DNA of 47,954 nucleotides from a virus (lineage: Duplodnaviria > Heunggongvirae > Uroviricota > Caudoviricetes): the IMG/VR virus record IMGVR_UViG_3300020200_000004, one strand, 5' to 3'. Each line of letters starts with the position of its first letter. Position 1 is the first letter of the stretch. The position numbers and the translations under genes are program-made. The notes beneath the pieces are model-generated. The model saw nothing but the letters and a program-made list of their open reading frames with translations, searched no databases and was not told where the DNA came from. Of the stretch, positions 41,378-47,954 are shown piece after piece.

Positions 41378-41437
41378 TTTAACTGTACCAAGTGAAAACG
41401 TAGGGTAAAACAAAACTTTTTAAAGGGAGAATGGACA

Positions 41438-42385
41438 ATGGCTCACATGGTTGAAACGATGGCATTTGTTGGACAGACGCCTTGGCATGGATTGGGGACG
41501 GAGTGTGAGGAGTCGGATCAGTTTGACATGAAGGCTTTTCAAGTCAAGTCTGGATTGGATTGGGAAGCGGAGTTGGTTCCGTTGGTTACGCAGGATAGTT
41601 TGCAGTTAGTTGACCATCGTGCGGTGCGTCGTAAGACTGATGGCAGGGTGCTCGGAATAGTGGGGGATCGTTATCGGGTTGTTCAGAATAGTGAGGCTTT
41701 TGATTGGTTTAGTCCGTTCCTTGAGGCGCAGGAAGCGTGTTTGCATACGGCGGGTGCGCTTTGTGAGGGGAGTCGGATTTGGGTTTTGGCAAAGTTGAAT
41801 AAAGACCCGATGGAGATTGCTCCGAACGATGTTGTTTCTAAGTATCTTTTGCTTAGTCATTCGCATGATGGCACGTTGGCTGTTCGTGTTGGTTTCTGTC
41901 CAATCAGGGTCTTGTGTGCGAATACAATGGCAATGGCGCATCGTGATAAGGCGAGCAAGTTGATTCGTGTTAAGCATACAAAGGATGTTCTTGTGAATAT
42001 GGAGAACATTCGGGATACGATGAATCTTGCGAATCAGGAGTTTGAGGCAACGGCGGCGCAATACCGTTTGTTGGCAAAGAAGGACATTAACCAGAAGGAT
42101 TTGGAGAAATACTTTAAGCTGGTTTTGGATGTCAAGGATGAGGAGAAGGTATCGACCCGTACTAAGAATATGATTGGTGAATTGACCAATTATTTTGAGG
42201 CGGGAAGGGGCAATACGCTGCCTGGGGTGAAGGGAACGTATTGGGCGGCTTATAATGCGGTGACTGAATGGTTGTCGCATGAGCGTGGACGTTCTCAGTC
42301 GAGTCGGCTTAATGCTTTGTGGTATGGTGTAGGGGCAACTACTAATCAGTCTGCTCTTGACTATGCTTTGAGCATGGCAGTTTGA
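41438..42385 (+). CDS. DUF932 / TIGR03299-family phage-plasmid protein
   Basis: MAHMVETMAFVGQTPWHGLG, HTAGAL..GSRIW, SHDGT, PIRVLCANT, GTYWAAYNAVTE. Confidence 0.92.
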   Translation: MAHMVETMAFVGQTPWHGLGTECEESDQFDMKAFQVKSGLDWEAELVPLVTQDSLQLVDHRAVRRKTDGRVLGIVGDRYRVVQNSEAFDWFSPFLEAQEACLHTAGALCEGSRIWVLAKLNKDPMEIAPNDVVSKYLLLSHSHDGTLAVRVGFCPIRVLCANTMAMAHRDKASKLIRVKHTKDVLVNMENIRDTMNLANQEFEATAAQYRLLAKKDINQKDLEKYFKLVLDVKDEEKVSTRTKNMIGELTNYFEAGRGNTLPGVKGTYWAAYNAVTEWLSHERGRSQSSRLNALWYGVGATTNQSALDYALSMAV

Positions 42386-42399
42386 TGTGTCTTTGTATC

Positions 42400-42430
42400 T
42401 GTAGTCATGCTATAATACGGCATGACTACA
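42400..42430 (+). promoter_or_regulatory. Start-codon-sequestering hairpin carrying an extended -10 element
   Basis: TGTAGTCATGC-TATAATACG-GCATGACTACA; TGnTATAAT; ATG at 42422 lies in the stem. Confidence 0.75.
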
Positions 42431-43072
42431 GATACTTTATTTCTTAAATGTTGGGTATGTAAAGAGACAAAATTTGCAAATGATTTCTGGAAAGATAAAA
42501 CTAAAAAATCAGGCTATCAGTCAGCTTGCAAATTTTGTCAGAAAGAACAAGCTAAACGGTTTAAGTTAAGTAATCCAGAATATTTTATAATTAAAGGAAG
42601 AGAGAAATATGCAGCGATAGAGGATAAAGAGGCATACAATAAAAAACGATATTCTGATAAAAAAGAAGAATATTTGGCGAGACGGTTTGCATATTGGAAA
42701 AGTATTCGGGGCCGATTTAAGGAATTGCTTTGTTCAGCGAAAGGCAGAGCGAATAATAAAAATATTGAATTTAATTTAACATATGAATGGATATTAGACT
42801 TATATGACAAACAAGGTTGTGTATGTTCGCTAACGGGAATAGCATTTGATTTTGACAATAAACCTAAAGTTAAAAGATCATACAATCCTTATTCTCCATC
42901 CCTTGACCGCATAGACACTTCTAAGGGATATACACAAGACAATGTAAGATTGGTATTAACTGCAATCAATATAGCGTTAAATGATTTTGGTGAAGAGACA
43001 TATAGGATAATTGCTGATTCGTACTTGAATTTTAATTGTACCAAGAAAACCAGCGAAGATTACCAAATTTGA
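42422..43072 (+). CDS. HNH-like endonuclease (probable homing endonuclease)
   Basis: N-terminal CWVC..CKFC; CSLTGI; SPSLDRIDTSKGYTQDNVRLV..IN. Confidence 0.75.
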   Translation: MTTDTLFLKCWVCKETKFANDFWKDKTKKSGYQSACKFCQKEQAKRFKLSNPEYFIIKGREKYAAIEDKEAYNKKRYSDKKEEYLARRFAYWKSIRGRFKELLCSAKGRANNKNIEFNLTYEWILDLYDKQGCVCSLTGIAFDFDNKPKVKRSYNPYSPSLDRIDTSKGYTQDNVRLVLTAINIALNDFGEETYRIIADSYLNFNCTKKTSEDYQI

Positions 43073-43367
43073 GGTTGATATGTTGTATAGCTTGATGCGT
43101 CGGAATGAGGTTTACTTGACGGATACTTACAAGAAGTGTATGGCAAGGAAGCGGTAATTGGAAGTAAGTCAGCGTAATCAGGGTGGTGCTGGATATGTGA
43201 TAGTGGAAGCGGGAGATAATGTAAAGTATCGTCGTCCGCCAGCGATGAATTTTGATCCTAGTGGGGATGCTGGCAGTAGGAAGTATTTGAAGCGTAAGGC
43301 GGCATCAAAGCGTATTAGGCAGAAGAATCCACGTTAATTGTACCAAGATGGGATATGGATTAGTTTT

Positions 43368-43441
43368 GGCCTCGAAACATTTAATTGGATGATGACCAGC
43401 CTTTTAAGCTGGAGAATTCGGCTCGATTCCGAACGGGGCTA
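43368..43441 (+). tRNA. tRNA-Lys(UUU), atypical
   Basis: Acceptor GGCCTCG/CGGGGCT; anticodon arm CCAGC-CTTTTAA-GCTGG; T-arm TTCGG-CTCGATT-CCGAA; irregular D arm; no encoded CCA. Confidence 0.75.
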
Positions 43442-43445
43442 CTTT

Positions 43446-43497
43446 GGCTAACTGGTATCTATATAGCAACGGATTAAATCCCGTATACCAGTTAGTC
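43446..43497 (+). ncRNA. Candidate three-way-junction RNA
   Basis: 13-bp stem GGCTAACTGGTAT/ATACCAGTTAGTC enclosing two small hairpins. Confidence 0.45.
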
Positions 43498-43604
43498 GTT
43501 CTTAATTGTACCAAGGGAATATCATGAAGGCTTATCCTGATCCAGATAGGTTAAACAGAGATTAATTGTACCAAGGAAGGTATAACTTTTAATTGGAGAA
43601 GCAA

Positions 43605-44066
43605 ATGGGCATGTTGGAAGCTAAGGTTGAGGCGGTGAATAAGGCCAATGAGTATGCTGCTAAGTTGCATACTCAGTTGACTGGTGTGTTTAATGATTTA
43701 GTAGGCAAGAAGGTATTGAAGGCAGATGGGATAGTGTTAGAGAAGTATAAGAAGGTAATGCCAGAGTTGCCTAATACTCCTGGCTTGCGGGTTTACGCAA
43801 GACCGGATAAGGCTCGATATAGTTTGGCCTGGAATGTGAATGTTTATGTCTTTCATGACCGTGGTAGTAGTTATCATGAGACTACTGTATATGTGGGATC
43901 ATTGAAGGATGGTGTTTTGACTGAGTTGACGCCATTTGGGGAAGGTTATAGGACGGATTATACGGCGGAAGAGGTAAGGAAGTTGCGAGAGACGTATAAG
44001 GAAGCGAAAAAGGCATCTGATGAGGCGTATAGCAAACTTTACTATTTTGGGGAGTATGATCGTTGA
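43605..44066 (+). CDS. hypothetical protein
   Basis: GGAG RBS; follows motif B at 43561. Confidence 0.75.
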   Translation: MGMLEAKVEAVNKANEYAAKLHTQLTGVFNDLVGKKVLKADGIVLEKYKKVMPELPNTPGLRVYARPDKARYSLAWNVNVYVFHDRGSSYHETTVYVGSLKDGVLTELTPFGEGYRTDYTAEEVRKLRETYKEAKKASDEAYSKLYYFGEYDR

Positions 44067-45370
44067 ATAATTTAATTAATGCTGCTAGGTGTGCGTTGGC
44101 TGATTTGGCAGGTCGATGGGAAGATGGCACGATGCAAGATTGGGAGTGTCAGACTTTCATTGATTTGTATACAAGTTTGGAAGAGGTAGGGCAAGATGTA
44201 TCTGATTACAAAGAAGATTTAGGATATATTTTGACGCATCAACAAGTTGTGGATAGTTATAGTTAATTGTACCAAGTGATGATGGGGAAGTCGATAATGG
44301 TCGCTGGCTAATCAACCATTACAAACTAACAGAGTCAGCCTTCCCTTTAACTTTAATTTTGGAGAAAGAATGATTTTGGTTCTTGAAGGTTTTAACGGTA
44401 TTGAGGGTGATCTTCGCAATGAGTTTACTGTTACTGAGAAGGCAACGGCGATGGGTATTGCGGAGTTGTGGAATGTGAAGGGATGGAAGCCTGTTCTTTA
44501 CAGTAAAACGTATGATGGCCGTTTTCATACTATTTACAATTACAAGAGTCGTCAGCGTAAGGCAGCGTAAGCAATTTGTCGGTAGGGGGCTAAGAAAGTT
44601 AGGTGTACTCTTCAGCAACCGATAAGTCCTGTAACACCAATTTTAATTGTACCAAAGCAAGTTATGAAATACTACTATGCAAAAGATTACTGTGTAGAAG
44701 TAGTTTGCCCTGATGGTCTTTACGAAGCTACATTCAATTGGAAAGATGAATTGGATAGTGGCAAGGATTTTGAGATACCTTTAATTGGTATTGGATGTAA
44801 TGAGAAGGAAGCAATAGGTGATTTAGTTATCAGGATGCATGAACAGCATTTGATAGACCAACAGGATTCTAATTATCAGGATGCATGAACAGCATTTGAT
44901 AGACCAACAGGATTCTAATTGTACCAAGGGAAGTCATGGAAAACTACAAATGGCAGGATGATGACTTCGATTACGTTGAACCTGAGTATGATTATTCTGA
45001 CATGCTTGAGGTTGGGTGTAATTGGGTTGGTGTAGAGTGTGACATTCCTGAAACTGAGATTCCTTTCTAGGGGATTGCAATGAGTGTTTATGATGATGCT
45101 TTGAAGCGGTTGAAGTCGCATGCGGAATTGGACCATGTAAATCATCCTCAGTATAAGGGACATTACGACAATCATCAGCTTGGATTGATTCTGAAGAATA
45201 GTGGACGGTTTAAGTCTGGTTCTTATTTCATGAAGCATGATTGGGTTTTGTTTAAGTATTGCAGTTTTGATAACTCTCAAGACATTTCAATGGTTAATAG
45301 GGTTGAGGTTTATTGTCCGCAAACTGGCGTCAATTGTATTTTGGGTGCTGATTACGTCAAGCCTCTTTAA
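44063..45370 (+). other. Small hypothetical ORFs (44063-44266, 44370-44570, 44664-44888, 44936-45070, 45080-45370)
   Basis: Delimited by motif B copies. Confidence 0.55.
44827..44918 (+). repeat. 46-bp tandem duplication
   Basis: 44827-44872 equals 44873-44918 and runs into motif B. Confidence 0.92.
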
Positions 45371-45584
45371 TTGTACCAAGACATTCTAAAGGATTACGAG
45401 AACAATCCAGAGGAATTGCGGGAATTGGTAGAGAATTTAGCTAAAGTTTAATTGTACGAAGGGAGAATATGAAATACAATCTTCGAGCAAAGTCGAGTAA
45501 TCCGAATGGGTCAATCACTAAAAAGCTTAGCTTAGTACAATTAAAGTACCCCCCTATACCGCCATATTGAATTTTAATTGTACT

Positions 45585-45665
45585 AAGTTGATAAGTGGCT
45601 GATAACTCGGTTAATCACGATAGGGTTTAATGGGAAGATTCGGTTAAGCCCACCACTTATCACTT
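45585..45665 (+). ncRNA. Candidate three-way-junction RNA
   Basis: GATAAGTGG/CCACTTATC closing stem with inner GGGTTTAA/TTAAGCCC and TGATAAC/GTTAATCA stems. Confidence 0.45.
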
Positions 45666-45681
45666 AAAACAAAGGAACGTC

Positions 45682-46603
45682 ATGGACCTTGTTGCTCGCA
45701 TTTCTGACCTTTGCAAGCGGGCTGATGAAATTACGGCAGAGCATTGGCAGAAGATGAATTTTACGTTTTCTCCACCCCCTATTCATCGTGCTGAGTTCAG
45801 TGAAAATTGGTGCAAGATTATCACACAAGAGGAACGCAATGGGCAATGGAAAGATAGTTATATCTATGCCTTTGTTGCTCTCAAGGATAATTTCACGAAG
45901 AATTTAGGGCAGATTATGGCGGGTGACATTCATAAGCCTGCAAGTTATAAAGCACCTGCCAAGCATCGTCGAGGAAGTGTGTTTTCATCTGATTTTAACA
46001 ATTGTCTAACTCCGCATGGCATTGTATACATGAAGTAAATTTAACTGTACCAAGGAAAGTCATGACTACTCAACAGATTTTCAAGTTGGCTGAGTTGAAT
46101 CCTTCTTGGCTGATGTGTGACAGGGCTGCGCCGCATTTTTGTGTTGCGGTGCGTGAATTTGATGGACCTTGGGTTACTTTTATCTTGACCAATTGTTTTG
46201 ATGGCATGATTACTGGATATGAAGCCATTAAAGTGCTGTTCAAGGGACATAAGGTTGACATTGTTGTTGAGTTGTTGACGCCAGAGGAAGATGGGTTTGC
46301 ATCCACTTACTTGCGGTTGCCTAGCAAATTTTAATTGTACCAAAACAGTTACCTCTAACACAAAGGGCTAACATGGTTGCTCGTATTCTTGGTTACAAAG
46401 CACGTTTTTGCAATTCTGGTTGTGCTGAATCTTTCAAGGCTGATCGTGAATGTGGTCTTAATTATGGACTACATCGTATTAATGGCGTTTTCTGTTTGCA
46501 TCGTGAAGAATGGTCATTGGCGGCTTGTGCCTGTGCTTACTGTGGTGAAGAAGTGGCTGGCAAGGTTCCCGAACAATTGAAAGAGAAGTTTTCGTTATGT
46601 TAG
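45682..46603 (+). other. Hypothetical ORFs 45682-46038, 46062-46334, 46373-46603
   Basis: Co-oriented; motif B at 46040 and 46330. Confidence 0.65.
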
Positions 46604-46701
46604 TTAAGGGTATTTCGCAAAAGGGCAAGAATCGAATCAGGGAACATGGTAATGATTGGGATATTGTTTCCGAAATGGATGAAGTTTGTTGAAGGAATGA
46701 T

Positions 46702-46784
46702 GGCCGTATGGTGGAATGGTAGACACGCTTCTCTTAAAAGGAAGTTTCCGAAAGGGAGTGCTGGTTCGACTCCAGTTGCGGCTA
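46702..46784 (+). tRNA. tRNA-Leu(UAA)
   Basis: GGCCGTA/TGCGGCT acceptor; AATGGTAGAC D loop; CTTCT-CTTAAAA-GGAAG anticodon arm; long variable arm; GCTGG-TTCGACT-CCAGT T arm. Confidence 0.93.
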
Positions 46785-46810
46785 CTAACTCTTTTTAGAA
46801 AAGGAAACCA

Positions 46811-47029
46811 ATGCTTAATACAGTAAATGTTATCGAATGGTTCAGCGATACGATACAACGCATTACTTCTTTTGCCGATGATAAGAAAGGCAATGAACAA
46901 GCGGAAAAGTTATTCACTGATTTAGCAGAAGAAAATGGATTCAGTATTGATGACGTAGATAAAGGTTTGGAGGATGGACATTTAGAAAGAGACGATTATG
47001 AATTGTTTTTAGTTCATTCTACTAATTAA
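46811..47029 (+). CDS. acidic hypothetical protein
   Basis: AAGGA RBS; followed by a terminator. Confidence 0.65.
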   Translation: MLNTVNVIEWFSDTIQRITSFADDKKGNEQAEKLFTDLAEENGFSIDDVDKGLEDGHLERDDYELFLVHSTN

Positions 47030-47032
47030 ATT

Positions 47033-47070
47033 AAAAAGACAGGCTAACAACCTGTCTTTTTTTTTGTTTT
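47033..47070 (+). terminator. Intrinsic terminator
   Basis: AAAAGACAGG / CCTGTCTTTT stem plus long T-run. Confidence 0.8.
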
Positions 47071-47125
47071 TATTCTGTAGGTATTTTAATTGTACTAAGT
47101 TAAAATATCTAACAGGAGCAAAACA

Positions 47126-47422
47126 ATGATGACTGCAATTCTGGTGCTGGCGTTCATGCAACCACAAGCCGCTGAGATTGATTTGAGGATTGATGCAAGT
47201 AAACATTCAGTCTATGCCGTCATAATGAATGGGAATGAAGTGGGACCGGGTGTTTATCGTAGCACTCCCTTTCGTGGCGAACAGACTGTAAAGATAATTT
47301 TCGTTGTCCAGCAAGGGGAGAATCTTTATATGAGGGAACTGCAATATAAAATCAAAGCTGGCGAACGAAAGACTATCATGCTTGAGATTCCAAGAGTTTA
47401 TCCTACTGTTGTGCAAATTTAA
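47126..47422 (+). CDS. putative secreted small protein
   Basis: Signal-peptide-like N-terminus; stop in motif B. Confidence 0.6.
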   Translation: MMTAILVLAFMQPQAAEIDLRIDASKHSVYAVIMNGNEVGPGVYRSTPFRGEQTVKIIFVVQQGENLYMRELQYKIKAGERKTIMLEIPRVYPTVVQI

Positions 47423-47439
47423 TTGTACCAAAGAGAGTA

Positions 47440-47655
<216 letters not shown>

Positions 47656-47954
47656 TTAAAATTCTGAACCAAAAAACGGGCAGGATTGTCTTTGTAGGAA
47701 GGTTTGCAAATGCCTGGAAACATGCGTGTAGTTATGTCCAGGTAAGTCAAGACAAATACGTTTTAATGCCCGTTGCTGCTTAATTGTACCAAATAAAGCT
47801 ATGGAACGCAACTAGTAGAGTTTGAACCGATTTTGGTAATCAACAAGGAGATATCATAATGAACCCGTATGTAATTCAAAATCAAAATGGTACTGAGTAT
47901 TGGTCAAATGATGATGGATGGGTTGACATAAAATCGGCCACTCGTTTTAGTGAA

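Overview
About 48 kb of an AT-rich, large (probably jumbo) dsDNA phage genome. It is the accessory/early region: densely packed short ORFs, almost all on the + strand, with no structural or core replication genes. Recognisable products include a J-domain protein, a SWIM finger, a GNAT, a ferritin-like protein, three homing-endonuclease-type genes, an ADP-ribosylglycohydrolase, a metallophosphoesterase, a P-loop kinase, two RNA ligases, a ParB-like protein, two SprT-like proteases, a nucleotidyltransferase, a DUF932 protein, tRNA-Leu(UAA) and an atypical tRNA-Lys(UUU). The most striking signals are not in the ORF track. (1) A motif TTTAAYTGTACCAAG occurs about 60 times, all on the + strand. Its TAA is the stop codon of the upstream gene in at least 17 cases and it is followed by an RBS and ATG, so genes form a cassette-like array. 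(2) A 139-nt tmRNA-like RNA has an intact alanyl tRNA-like domain but only a 3-codon tag. (3) A dispersed 36-nt hairpin repeat shows compensatory base changes. (4) Several DNA blocks are inserted between 5-8 bp direct repeats, and removing them in silico restores reading frames. (5) A sharp G/C-skew reversal at about 39.5-40 kb suggests the replication origin. All counts and alignments were done by eye and no databases were searched. Family names come from recalled motifs, and assembly artefacts cannot be excluded without reads.
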